Source: an uncultured Clostridia bacterium (GTDB lineage: Bacteria; Bacillota; Clostridia; Christensenellales; UBA3700). Taken from it: a stretch of 49,754 nucleotides of DNA. The stretch spans positions 1 to 49,754 of the forward strand of contig CAMWNK010000004.1 of the NCBI GenBank assembly GCA_947175555.1, read 5' to 3'. The position numbers and the translations under genes are program-made. This document shows positions 35,805 through 45,414 of the stretch, one piece after another. The notes below the pieces were generated by a model. That model ran no database searches. It was given only the letters and a program-made list of their open reading frames with translations, and was not told the origin of the DNA. Numbering within the stretch: position 1 is the stretch's first letter; each line of letters begins with the position of its first letter.

Positions 35805-37370
35805 ATGAGCAGACTCACTCTTATTCCTTATCCCAAGCGCGTCGATTTTAAGGACGGCAGGCTCGATTGCACACGTGTCGATATCGTAGGCTCTGCCTGC
35901 TTTGCCGCTCGGGATTTTGCAGATTATATTACTCAGCTGGGCTATTCTGTCGGCGACGGCGTTAAGATTAACTATTCCGTTAACTCTGCGCTTGCGCTCG
36001 ATAAAGAGGGCTATATTATCGATATAGGCGAGGGCAGTATCGATATATCGGCGTCGGATGACGCGGGTATCAGATACGCCTTTTGTTCTTTAAGGCAGCT
36101 TATGCACAATTATCAGGGCGTGCTGCCGCGCTGCGTTATCACCGACGAGCCTTATCTCAAGTTCAGAGGTATGTTGCTCGACGCAGGTAGATATTTTTAT
36201 CCCAAGCGCGACGTGCTGAAATTGATAGATTTATGCTACTATCATAAGCTCAACGTGTTGCATTGGCACCTTACCGAGGACCAGGGTTGGAGGATACGTA
36301 TCGATAAGTATCCCCTGCTTACGGACAAGGGCAGCCGCCGCTCGCACACCAACTTCGGTATCAGACCTCACGGCGGTTATTATACCAAGGAGGACGCAAG
36401 GGAGATAATAGAATACGCCAACATGAGAGGTATAGAGGTAATCCCCGAGATAGACCTCCCCGGGCATACGCAGGCGGCGCTTGCGTGCTATCCTTATCTG
36501 GGATGCTTTGACCGCAAGCTCAAGGTCGCCACGCATTGGGGCGTAAAGCACGACGTGATTTGCGCAGGAAAGGAGAGCAGCTATCAGTTCGTATTCGATG
36601 TGCTGAGCGAGATAATAGAGCTGTTCGGCGGCAACACGCGCTATATACATATAGGCGGCGACGAGGTGTTCAGACATCGCTGGAGCCTGTGCCCTCACTG
36701 CCGTGAAACCATGGAGAGAGAGGGGCTGAAGGACGAGCAGGAATTGCAGGCGTACTTTATGTCGAGAGTGTGCGATTGGGTAGTGGATAAAGGCTATACG
36801 CCTATCGTATGGAACGGTCTTGACTGCGATAAGCGCGTGCACGAAAAGGCGGTATGGCACTATTGGAGCGACGAGCACGGCGGCTCTGACGACCTTGTCC
36901 GCAAGTTCGCAGGCGAGAGCGGCGGATATCTCAACAGTAATTCCGCTCATGTCTATATCGATTTCCCTTACGGCAGAACGTCGCTAAAGAAGAGCTATGC
37001 CTTCAATCCCTTGCCCGAGGGATTGCCCGAGGATAAGCTGGTGGGCGCGGTGCTCACGCTGTGGACGGAATATATACCTAACTTCAAGACGGCGTGCGTA
37101 AGACTGCTGCCGCGCGCGTGCGCATTGTCCGAGACAATGTGGCTCAAGGGAGATAAGGATTATAAGGAGTTTGAGAGTAGGCTTATGCCTATGGTCCGTT
37201 ATCTCAAGCGCGAGGGATTCAAGAGCGTACCTCTTCGCGTAGCCAATCCTTGCGCATTGCGCGGAGCTTTGCAAAAGGCATGGTTTAACAGACGCGTAAT
37301 GCATTGGCAAGGACTGCACAATCTCATTGACGACGCCAACGTAGAGCGTAAGTATAAGAAAAAGCGTTAG
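35805..37370 (+). CDS. Beta-N-acetylhexosaminidase (GH20)
   Basis: Motifs: RGMLLDAGRYF, NVLHWHLTEDQGWR, HIGGDEV. The likely start is the ATG at 35805 (MSRLTLIPYP). No signal peptide. Confidence 0.88.
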   Translation: MSRLTLIPYPKRVDFKDGRLDCTRVDIVGSACFAARDFADYITQLGYSVGDGVKINYSVNSALALDKEGYIIDIGEGSIDISASDDAGIRYAFCSLRQLMHNYQGVLPRCVITDEPYLKFRGMLLDAGRYFYPKRDVLKLIDLCYYHKLNVLHWHLTEDQGWRIRIDKYPLLTDKGSRRSHTNFGIRPHGGYYTKEDAREIIEYANMRGIEVIPEIDLPGHTQAALACYPYLGCFDRKLKVATHWGVKHDVICAGKESSYQFVFDVLSEIIELFGGNTRYIHIGGDEVFRHRWSLCPHCRETMEREGLKDEQELQAYFMSRVCDWVVDKGYTPIVWNGLDCDKRVHEKAVWHYWSDEHGGSDDLVRKFAGESGGYLNSNSAHVYIDFPYGRTSLKKSYAFNPLPEGLPEDKLVGAVLTLWTEYIPNFKTACVRLLPRACALSETMWLKGDKDYKEFESRLMPMVRYLKREGFKSVPLRVANPCALRGALQKAWFNRRVMHWQGLHNLIDDANVERKYKKKR

Positions 37371-37488
37371 AAGGCGTTATGCGGCGTTTTTCGAGCTAAT
37401 AGGCGTATCATTGCCCCTATTAGCGTTGCTTTATGCGCTTATTAATGTTAGTATATAGTTATAAATCATTTATTCTAAGGAGTTGCAT

Positions 37489-37977
37489 ATGCAGGATAAG
37501 ATTTACGTTATCGACACCGATATGGGTGTGATTAAGGCGGAGTTGTATGCCGATCAGGCGCCTATCACCGTCGCCAATTTCGATAAGCTCGTGTCCGAAG
37601 GCTTTTATGACGGACTGACATTTCACAGAGTTATTTCCGGATTTATGATACAGGGCGGCTGTCCTTTGGGCAACGGCACAGGCGGTCCCGGGTATGGCAT
37701 TAAAGGCGAGTTCGCCGTCAACGGCGTGCAGAACAATATCAGGCATAAGCGCGGAGTGCTCTCTATGGCGCGCGCTATGGATCCCGACAGCGCGGGCAGT
37801 CAATTCTTTATCATGCATAAGGATTCGCCTCATCTCGACGGTAAGTACGCAGGTTTCGGCATGGTGATCGAGGGCATGGACGTTGTGGATAAGATTGCGT
37901 CTGTCCCTACGGGGTATATGGATAGACCTAATAAGCCTATTCACATTAAGAGCATCTATACCGAGGAGAGGAAGTAA
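37489..37977 (+). CDS. ppiB: Cyclophilin-type peptidyl-prolyl isomerase
   Basis: Motifs: FHRVI.GFMIQGG, GPGY, MAR......SQFFI. AAGGAG lies upstream of the ATG at 37489. Confidence 0.92.
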   Translation: MQDKIYVIDTDMGVIKAELYADQAPITVANFDKLVSEGFYDGLTFHRVISGFMIQGGCPLGNGTGGPGYGIKGEFAVNGVQNNIRHKRGVLSMARAMDPDSAGSQFFIMHKDSPHLDGKYAGFGMVIEGMDVVDKIASVPTGYMDRPNKPIHIKSIYTEERK

Positions 37978-38062
37978 TCGGCGTATAGATTATAGGCATT
38001 GCAGTATCCGATATTTTATATCGTGATAGTAACTGCCTTTTTAAGAAAATTATCTAAAAATT

Positions 38063-38087
38063 AAGGACGCTTAAGTAGCGTCCTTTT
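38063..38087. terminator. Bidirectional terminator between ppiB and the SPFH-like gene
   Basis: aaggacgct-taagt-agcgtcctt, flanked by A-rich sequence on the left and T-rich sequence on the right. Confidence 0.7.
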
Positions 38088-38114
38088 CATATCTTAAATA
38101 TTAATTTCGGCTGT

Positions 38115-39521
38115 TTATTCCGCGGCAGGCTCTTCCTCGACGTGTTCGACAGGCGCGGGAGCGGGCGCTGCGGTAGCCACTTCCTGCATAGCTACTGCCT
38201 TAACTACTTTATTATAGTCGTCGGGAGGCAGGGCCTCGGGGTGCTTCTTAAGATACTCGGCAAGCGCGATTTCGTACTTGCGCATATCTTTTTCGTATTG
38301 CAGATGTGCTTCGTCGTATATCTTGCATACGCGCTTATATTTTTCCATCTCCGCGTTATATTTATTGGCGAATTTATGCCTGAGCACTATCATGAGCGCA
38401 ACGCCCACTATCAGCAATACTGCGCCTGCGCCTATCATTACGTATGAGCCTACAGGCGGTATTATTTTCAGTATCGCAAGCACTATTCCCGCTATCAGCG
38501 CGACTGCCGCTATAATTATCATGATTATAGACATGGAGTACGACGTTGCGTGCGCAGGGGGATCGGGTCTTACCATGCTCGGCTTTACGGGTTTTACGGG
38601 CATCATGTCTGCGTAAGAGTCCTCTCTGTCCATGAGCGAAGTCTCTTCTATGCCGCTTCTGCGCTCGTTGTTGAGACGCTTGAGATATCTCTCGAGGGCT
38701 TTATCCTTTTCCAGCTCCGTGAGGCTCTCTTCTATGCCGTATTTTGATTTTATTTCCGCCTTTTTGCGATATTGCTCGAGATACATGTCGGCATACTCGT
38801 TGTCTATTCTGAACCTCTCTGTCTCCGTGCGGCGGTCGTAAGAGTTCTGCCTGAGCATCTCGCGCACCGCGGGAGGGATAGACATCTTTTCTATCTTAAT
38901 GCCTGTAGCAACTGTGCCGTAGGGCAGCAGCTTTGCGTTCAGCACGCTCTCCAGCTTAGCGGATATCTTGCTGTAATTGGCGGCAAAGTGATAATATCCT
39001 ACGCCGCTTTCATCCACAAGTCCCGCTACGACTTCGCACCATGACTCAAGAGCTAAGGAGCGGAATGTCTCGTATACCGTGCCCATATTCAATGCCGCCG
39101 CCGCAATGTCCAGCTTGCGCAGCAGGCTCTGCGAGTCCTCTATACGGAATGTCAGCGAGAATGCGCTTTCCAGATAGGTAACTATCTCCAACTCTTTATC
39201 GTAATATTCGATTTCCTCATTCCTTGCGGTAACGTAGTCGAGCTTCACGCAAGGGAATTTCTTGAGCGACAGCGAAAAGCGCGTTACCGACGACAGGTTG
39301 TCCGTAAGCTCCAGTCTCTTGGATACGAATATACGGCAGATAGCGGGGAAGTACTGCTTGTCGGGATAGGGCAGTCTTACGAAGTTTTCGTAATTATTGC
39401 GCACCCATTGCAGCATATCCTCTCTGTCCGACGGCGAGCCTGCGTCCAAATCGGACAGTCGGGCAAGCATCGCTACGTGCAACTTATCGTTAGATGAAAT
39501 TTCGGGATTGCCTTGAGCCAT
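38115..39521 (-). CDS. Membrane protein: N-terminal SPFH/band-7-like (YdjI-type, tentative) domain, coiled coil, TM hairpin, C-terminal coiled coil
   Basis: 468 aa. The beta-rich segment ...LTFRIEDSQSLL..., ...GIKIEKMSIPPAVREMLRQ resembles SPFH domains. Two adjacent hydrophobic helices (SIIMIIIAAVALIAGIVLAIL, VMIGAGAVLLIVGVALMIVL). K/E-rich heptad regions and an A/P/E-rich tail. Confidence 0.55.
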   Translation of the reverse strand: MAQGNPEISSNDKLHVAMLARLSDLDAGSPSDREDMLQWVRNNYENFVRLPYPDKQYFPAICRIFVSKRLELTDNLSSVTRFSLSLKKFPCVKLDYVTARNEEIEYYDKELEIVTYLESAFSLTFRIEDSQSLLRKLDIAAAALNMGTVYETFRSLALESWCEVVAGLVDESGVGYYHFAANYSKISAKLESVLNAKLLPYGTVATGIKIEKMSIPPAVREMLRQNSYDRRTETERFRIDNEYADMYLEQYRKKAEIKSKYGIEESLTELEKDKALERYLKRLNNERRSGIEETSLMDREDSYADMMPVKPVKPSMVRPDPPAHATSYSMSIIMIIIAAVALIAGIVLAILKIIPPVGSYVMIGAGAVLLIVGVALMIVLRHKFANKYNAEMEKYKRVCKIYDEAHLQYEKDMRKYEIALAEYLKKHPEALPPDDYNKVVKAVAMQEVATAAPAPAPVEHVEEEPAAE

Positions 39522-39533
39522 TAAGTCCTCCGT

Positions 39534-39698
39534 TTACATCATATAATTGGAGCAGTATTTACATATGGCGACAGGACGCATATTGGGCTGTCCGCACACG
39601 GGGCATACCACGTAATCGTTGCGGTCATAGCCGATCTTTTTATCGCTTTCTTGGCTATCCGTATTGATTTGGCTTGCTTTGACCTGATTATCGCTCAT
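39534..39698 (-). CDS. Small zinc-ribbon protein (54 aa), absent from the ORF track
   Basis: Minus-strand translation: MSDNQVKASQINTDSQESDKKIGYDRNDYVVCPVCGQPNMRPVAICKYCSNYMM. CPVC-x11-CKYC. GGAG RBS 6 nt upstream. The stop lies 12 nt before the next gene's ATG. Confidence 0.6.
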   Translation of the reverse strand: MSDNQVKASQINTDSQESDKKIGYDRNDYVVCPVCGQPNMRPVAICKYCSNYMM

Positions 39699-39865
39699 AC
39701 ATAACTCCGTAATTTAATCTAACTAATATATTAACATAACCGATTTATAAATGCAAGAATATCGATAATATGAGCGATTTTGCCCTCTAATACGCGCTAT
39801 TGCGTATAATTAAATCGCTATAGGGCGATAATGTGAAAATAATGTTATTTTTTTAACGAATTTAC

Positions 39866-39895
39866 TTGACAACATATAGGCTATACTCATATAAT
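39866..39895 (+). promoter_or_regulatory. adhE promoter
   Basis: TTGACA-18 nt-TATAAT. Confidence 0.6.
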
Positions 39896-39909
39896 GGAAT
39901 AGCATAAGA

Positions 39910-39927
39910 TTGTTAAATTTCTAACAA
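39910..39927 (+). promoter_or_regulatory. Rex operator (Rex box)
   Basis: TTGTTAA-ATTT-CTAACAA matches 13/14 positions of the clostridial Rex consensus TTGTTAAnnnnTTAACAA. It lies just downstream of the -10 element. The flanking bases extend the palindrome to gattgtta/taacaatc. Confidence 0.7.
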
Positions 39928-39988
39928 TCTACGGCAAAGCCGAAAACGGCAATAATAAAGTAATCAATTTTATATATAAGGAGTTACT

Positions 39989-42595
39989 ATGGCAAAGGTA
40001 CAAATCGTTAATGACGAGCAGAGCTTATTGCAGCGTCTTGCCGAGGTAAGAGCGGCGCAGGCTCAATACGCCACTTACACACAGGAGCAGGTTGATAAGA
40101 TTTTCTTTGAAGCGGCTATGGCTGCCAACAAGATGAGAATTCCGCTTGCTAAGATGGCAGTCGAGGAGACTGGCATGGGCGTAGTGGAGGATAAGGTAAT
40201 CAAGAATCATTATGCCTCCGAGTATATCTATAATGCGTATAAGGATACCAAGACTTGCGGCGTGCTCGAGTACGATGCCGGTTTCGGTCTCAAGAAGATT
40301 GCCGAGCCTATCGGCGTTATCGCGGCGGTAATACCTACCACCAACCCTACTTCTACTGCTATATTCAAGTCGCTGCTCGCGCTCAAGACGCGCAACGCGC
40401 TTATCTTCTCCCCTCATCCCCGTGCAAAGAAGGCTACTATTGCCGCTGCTAAGGTTGTATTGGACGCTGCTGTCAAGGCAGGCGCTCCCGAGGGAATCAT
40501 CAGCTGGATTGACGAGCCCAGCGTTCCGCTTTCGGGCATGATAATGAAAGAGGCTGATATCATCCTCGCAACCGGCGGTCCCGGCATGGTTAAGGCAGCT
40601 TACTCTTCGGGCAAGCCCGCCGTAGGCGTAGGCGCAGGTAATACTCCCGCGCTCATCGACGACCTTGCGGATATCAAGACTGCCGCAGCTTCCGTAATTC
40701 ACTCCAAGACGTTCGATAACGGTATGATTTGCGCTTCCGAGCAATCCGTAGTCGTTCTTAAGGACGTATATGCCGAGTTCAAGAAAGAGATGCAGGCGCG
40801 CGGCGCTTACTTCCTCAGCGCGGAAGAGACCGACAAGATGAGAGCAACCATTCTCATCAACGGCGCGCTTAACGCTAAGATAGTCGGACAGCCCGCTACC
40901 AAGATTGCCGAGATGGCAGGCTTTACTGCTCCTGCAGGCGCTAAAGTTTTGGTAGGCGAGGTCGACAGCGTAGATATCAGCGAGCCTTTCGCTCACGAGA
41001 AGCTCAGCCCTGTGCTTGCTATGTATAAGGCTAAAGATTTCGACGATGCGGTCAATAAGGCAGAGCAGCTCATCAACGACGGCGGTTTGGGACATACATC
41101 GGTAATTTATACCAATCCCGAGACCGGTAAGGAGAAGATAGATAAATTCGTATCGAGGATGCGCACTTGCCGTATTCTTGTCAATACCCCTTCTTCGCAG
41201 GGCGGTATCGGCGATTTGTACAATTTCAAACTTGCGCCTTCGCTCACGCTCGGATGCGGTAGCTGGGGCGGTAACAGCGTCAGCGAAAACGTAGGTATTA
41301 AGCACCTTATCAACATTAAGACGGTTGCGGAAAGGAGAGAGAATATGTTGTGGTTTAGAGCGCCCGAAAAGGTTTATTTCAAGAAGGGCTGCTTGGGCGT
41401 TGCTTTGCAAGAGCTCAAGCACGTTATGAATAAGAAGAAGGCGTTCATAGTTACCGACTCCTTCTTGTTCAAGAGCGGATTTACTAAGCTCATCACCGAC
41501 AGACTTGACGAAATGGGCATTTCTCACACCACTTTCTTCGAGGTTGCGCCCGATCCTACGCTTGCATGCGCTAAAGAAGGCGCTAAGGCTATGGCTGCAT
41601 TCCAGCCCGATGTGATACTCGCTATCGGCGGCGGTTCGGCTATGGACGCAGGTAAGATTATGTGGGTACTTTACGAGCATCCGGAAATCAACTTCCAAGA
41701 CCTCGCTATGAGATTTATGGATATCCGTAAGAGGGTATACACCTTCCCTCATATGGGCGATAAGGCTTACTTTATCGCTATACCTACCACGGCAGGTACG
41801 GGTTCCGAGGTTACGCCTTTTGCGGTCATCACCGACGAGACCGACGGCACTAAGTATCCTCTTGCCGACTATGAGCTCATGCCCGATATGGCTATCATAG
41901 ACGCCGATCTTATGATGAATATCCCTAAGGGACTTACGGCAGCTTCCGGTATCGACGCGCTCACTCATGCGCTCGAGGCTATTGCGTCCATGCTTGCTAC
42001 CGATTATACCAACGGTATCGCTATGGAAGCTATTAAGCTGATATTCGAGTATCTGCCCCGCGCATATTCGCTCGGCGGTCATGACGCAGAGGCAAGAGAG
42101 AGGATGGCCAACGCTTCCTGCATGGCAGGTATGGCTTTTGCCAATGCGTTTCTCGGTGTTTGCCACTCTATGGCGCACAAGCTGGGCAGCTATCATCATT
42201 TGCCTCACGGTATTGCCAACGCGCTCATGATTAACGAAGTTATCAAGTTCAACTCCGCAGAGTGTCCCGCTAAGATGGGTACTTTCCCTCAGTATAAGTA
42301 TCCCGAGGCTATGAAGAGATACGCAGGCGTTGCCGACGCGCTCGGACTTGCGGGCAAGAACGATGCCGAGAAGGTCAAGGCTCTCATGAATAAAATCGAA
42401 GAGCTCAAGAAGGCAGTCGAGATTAAGGCTACCATCAAGGATTACGGTATCGACGAAGCCGACTTCCTTGCAAGATTGGACAGCATGACCGAGGACGCTT
42501 TCGACGATCAGTGCACGGGCGCTAATCCCAGATATCCTCTTATGAGCGAGATCAAGCAGATGTACCTCAACGCTTATTACGGCGTAAAGAAGTAA
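39989..42595 (+). CDS. adhE: Bifunctional acetaldehyde-CoA/alcohol dehydrogenase
   Basis: 868 aa. N-terminal ALDH domain (catalytic Cys context FDNGMICASEQS) and a C-terminal Fe-ADH domain (GGGSAMDAGK, His cluster HSMAHKLG..HHLPHG). Confidence 0.96.
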   Translation: MAKVQIVNDEQSLLQRLAEVRAAQAQYATYTQEQVDKIFFEAAMAANKMRIPLAKMAVEETGMGVVEDKVIKNHYASEYIYNAYKDTKTCGVLEYDAGFGLKKIAEPIGVIAAVIPTTNPTSTAIFKSLLALKTRNALIFSPHPRAKKATIAAAKVVLDAAVKAGAPEGIISWIDEPSVPLSGMIMKEADIILATGGPGMVKAAYSSGKPAVGVGAGNTPALIDDLADIKTAAASVIHSKTFDNGMICASEQSVVVLKDVYAEFKKEMQARGAYFLSAEETDKMRATILINGALNAKIVGQPATKIAEMAGFTAPAGAKVLVGEVDSVDISEPFAHEKLSPVLAMYKAKDFDDAVNKAEQLINDGGLGHTSVIYTNPETGKEKIDKFVSRMRTCRILVNTPSSQGGIGDLYNFKLAPSLTLGCGSWGGNSVSENVGIKHLINIKTVAERRENMLWFRAPEKVYFKKGCLGVALQELKHVMNKKKAFIVTDSFLFKSGFTKLITDRLDEMGISHTTFFEVAPDPTLACAKEGAKAMAAFQPDVILAIGGGSAMDAGKIMWVLYEHPEINFQDLAMRFMDIRKRVYTFPHMGDKAYFIAIPTTAGTGSEVTPFAVITDETDGTKYPLADYELMPDMAIIDADLMMNIPKGLTAASGIDALTHALEAIASMLATDYTNGIAMEAIKLIFEYLPRAYSLGGHDAEARERMANASCMAGMAFANAFLGVCHSMAHKLGSYHHLPHGIANALMINEVIKFNSAECPAKMGTFPQYKYPEAMKRYAGVADALGLAGKNDAEKVKALMNKIEELKKAVEIKATIKDYGIDEADFLARLDSMTEDAFDDQCTGANPRYPLMSEIKQMYLNAYYGVKK

Positions 42596-42610
42596 TAGCG
42601 TATATTGTTA

Positions 42611-42645
42611 GCCCTCCGTCCTTTGCGACGGAGGGCATTTTTTTA
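42611..42645 (+). terminator. adhE terminator
   Basis: gccctccgtc-ctttgc-gacggagggc perfect 10-bp stem followed by ATTTTTTT. Confidence 0.85.
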
Positions 42646-42672
42646 TTCGTTGAGATTGCAATAATACTTTTA

Positions 42673-44016
42673 ATGATGTATTATATAGATATGTTTGATG
42701 AAGTAATCGAGGCTAATAACAAGCAAGAGCGCAAGAAGCGCATACGTCGCGGCTTATTTATTGCAACAGCCGCGGTCTCGGCTGTTATTATAGTGCTCAG
42801 TATTGTATTGATAATTTTGTGGAGAGTAACTTATGTCAAGCTCGACGATGTTATCGAGATACCCATTGTCTATCTCGATCCGTCGGCAAGAGTTACTGTA
42901 GATAGGACGGCGGACTATCTCGGACATCCCGATCTTGTCCTTAACGATAGGGGGGAGCTTATTACCATGTATCCCGAGGGGCACGGTAAGGGTGCTATCG
43001 TCATGAGACGTTCTTCCGATATGGGTAAGAATTGGAGTGCCAAGGAGACAACTCCCGAGTCTTGGAGCAACTCGCGCGAGACGCCCACCGTATACAGCAT
43101 TAAGTTGCATAGCGGCGAGGAGAAACTTGTCATGATATCAGGTTGTCCCGCTTGGAAAGAGGGCGAAGAGGACGGCTTTAATTTCTCCTATTCCGATGAC
43201 GGCGGTTACAACTGGAGCGAGTTTACCAACTGGTACGGCAAGGAATGGGCTGAAGAGAACGGCAAAGAGCCTTACGACTGCATAGTAGCAATGTCGTCGC
43301 TTACGCAGGTTAAGCGTCGCGGCTTTTACGTCAACGAGTGGCTGGGCACATTCCACGACCATGAGTTTAATATGTATAAGTCGTATCTGTCGTTCGATAT
43401 TTACGGCAATATGGAGTGGTCGGAACCCGAGCTCTTACTCGGAGAGTACAACGATATCAGCCGTGAGTATAATTTGTGCGAGCCCGAGATAATCAGGACG
43501 CAAGAGAAACTTGTCGACGGCGTTAAAAAGAGCGAACTCATTTTAATCATGCGCAATAATAAGCACGAGGGCGGCTCTATGGCGTGCGTTTCGTATGACG
43601 AGGGCATTACGTGGACAGAGCCCGTATTTCTTCCCAATGCGTTGACAGGCGACAGACATAAGGCGGAGTATGACGCAAGCACAGGTAAGTGGCTCATCAC
43701 TTTTAGGCAAGTGCTCGGCATTAAACCTAACGTTTTATCAACGTCTAAGCTGTATGGAGTCGGTTGGGTAGCTTGGGTAGGTGATGAAGATGTATTGTTT
43801 GCGCTTGCACAAGGTGATTGGTCCAAAGGCTGCGGAGACGCATATATTGTACTTGCGGAGAATCACGGCGGCACTCTCGATTGCGGCTACGCAGGTACCG
43901 CGGTCGACGATGAAAGTAACTTTGTACTCGTATCCTACGGCAGATTTTCTAAGTCTACGGTCAATCCCTATATATTGAGCGTTTCCTTCAATCTAAGGGA
44001 TATGTTGGGCATCTGA
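42673..44016 (+). CDS. Membrane-anchored BNR/Asp-box beta-propeller protein (sialidase-like glycosidase fold)
   Basis: N-terminal TM helix GLFIATAAVSAVIIVLSIVLIILW. Asp-boxes SSDMGKNWS, SDDGGYNWS and SYDEGITWT. I did not recognise the catalytic sialidase RIP motif. Confidence 0.65.
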   Translation: MMYYIDMFDEVIEANNKQERKKRIRRGLFIATAAVSAVIIVLSIVLIILWRVTYVKLDDVIEIPIVYLDPSARVTVDRTADYLGHPDLVLNDRGELITMYPEGHGKGAIVMRRSSDMGKNWSAKETTPESWSNSRETPTVYSIKLHSGEEKLVMISGCPAWKEGEEDGFNFSYSDDGGYNWSEFTNWYGKEWAEENGKEPYDCIVAMSSLTQVKRRGFYVNEWLGTFHDHEFNMYKSYLSFDIYGNMEWSEPELLLGEYNDISREYNLCEPEIIRTQEKLVDGVKKSELILIMRNNKHEGGSMACVSYDEGITWTEPVFLPNALTGDRHKAEYDASTGKWLITFRQVLGIKPNVLSTSKLYGVGWVAWVGDEDVLFALAQGDWSKGCGDAYIVLAENHGGTLDCGYAGTAVDDESNFVLVSYGRFSKSTVNPYILSVSFNLRDMLGI

Positions 44017-44125
44017 GTTAGTATTTGTCGGCAAAATAAAAAAGTATATTATATTTTTTGACAAATATTTTACATCGAGTTATAATATAGATATTAATAT
44101 TATAACCTACAGGAGGGTTTATTTT

Positions 44126-44521
44126 ATGAAAAAGAAAGTAGCAGTTGTAGCAGTTGCGCTTTGCCTTGTCATCGCGCTCGTAGCCTTGTGCGCATGCACG
44201 CCCAGCGTTGATAAACTTAAGGATAAGTTTACCAAAGACGGCTATCATGTAGAGGCAATATCTACTGATGGATTTGAGGATGCTAAAGTCGAGTATGCTT
44301 TTACGGCTTTCAAGGGTGGAGACAGCATCTTTGATCTCGTCAGCGGCGCCGAGATGATTACTGTAGTTTGCTTCAGCAACAGCGATGATGCTAAGACCTA
44401 TTATGAGAAGGCTAAAGAGACTGCAGAACAGTCTGAAGAGTTGATGGGTATTAAAATGTCGGTTAAGAAGAAGGGTAACGCTATCGCTTCCGGTACCGAA
44501 GGCGCTCTTAAGCTTTTCTAA
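44126..44521 (+). CDS. Small lipoprotein, function unknown
   Basis: MKKKVAVVAVALCLVIALVALCAC signal peptide with lipobox. AGGAGG RBS. Confidence 0.7.
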   Translation: MKKKVAVVAVALCLVIALVALCACTPSVDKLKDKFTKDGYHVEAISTDGFEDAKVEYAFTAFKGGDSIFDLVSGAEMITVVCFSNSDDAKTYYEKAKETAEQSEELMGIKMSVKKKGNAIASGTEGALKLF

Positions 44522-44550
44522 TTTAAGACAGCTTTAAGCAAAAGAATTTT

Positions 44551-44590
44551 TACCCCGACTTATTTTATAGGTCGGGGTATTTATATTTGT
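44551..44590 (+). terminator. Terminator after the lipoprotein gene
   Basis: taccccgac-11 nt-gtcggggta followed by a T-rich tract. Confidence 0.65.
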
Positions 44591-45087
44591 CGTTATGTTA
44601 TTTGTGTACTATAAATATTTGAGATATAATTTGCTATGCATTAATTATAATTAAGCCGACATTTCAAACTTATTTTTATAAAATACAATCTTTCCTATTT
44701 GTATAGTAGCCTCTAATCTTTTATGCAGTTCAGGCTTTTGCTTTGCGGCTCTTTGAATGTTCTTAAATAGCGATTCAATTTCGCAATCAGAAAAAAGTTG
44801 CACCTTGAAAATTTGAGATTTGCTCACAACACCTTAAAAGAATGACTAAAATTTAATGTACATGGGATACAGCAAGAGGTAAGGTATTAACCTTTGACAG
44901 CAACACTTGAAAAGTTCACCTCTCTTTATCTCTATAATGAACCAATTGTCTGTCAGTATTAGTAAATAGTTTTTGGTACAAATTTGGTACACATTAAAAG
45001 TTGCTTATTTTTCTTCTATGGATTTCAGTTATATTTAATGGCTTTGCAGGATATTTTGGGTTGTTATACCCTGCAAGGACCAAAATT

Positions 45088-45178
45088 TGGCGGAGAGAGA
45101 GGGATTCGAACCCTCGGTACGGTATTAGCGTACACACGATTTCCAATCGTGCTCTTTCGGCCTCTCAGACATCTCTCC
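45088..45178 (-). tRNA. tRNA-Ser (anticodon GGA), long variable arm, CCA encoded
   Basis: Reverse complement GGAGAGAUGUCUGAGAGGCCGAAAGAGCACGAUUGGAAAUCGUGUGUACGCUAAUACCGUACCGAGGGUUCGAAUCCCUCUCUCUCCGCCA. Anticodon loop UUGGAAA. Confidence 0.92.
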
Positions 45179-45391
45179 AAAAAAGCATTAAAATGATATC
45201 ATAAATAAAACAAATATTCAAGTAAAATGCGGCTCATTTAGAATATAAGATTAAAGTTGTTATATTTATCAAGTTATTAATTATCGATTAGCGCGCTTGC
45301 GAGGGTAATTATAGAAGTCTGCAGTTAAATAAATATATATAAAAATTTTATTGATTTAGAGTGCGGTGATAAATTGAAATTAATTTTAAGA

Positions 45392-45414
45392 AATTGCAGT
45401 TGTAAGAAAATTGT
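45392..45414 (+). repeat. Left arm of a 21/23 inverted repeat flanking the 4-gene module
   Basis: aattgcagttgtaag (15/15) plus aaaattgt. The partner arm is at 49553-49575. Confidence 0.6.

Noticed and set aside
40025-42208. 727-aa ORF on the minus strand
   Set aside because: It lies entirely antisense to adhE, whose + strand product has unmistakable ALDH and Fe-ADH motifs. The antisense translation is R/S/L-rich and matches no family. It is a shadow ORF typical of GC3-biased genes.
44984-45204. Two + strand ORFs of 70 and 67 aa
   Set aside because: They overlap tRNA-Ser on the opposite strand and the AT-rich spacer.
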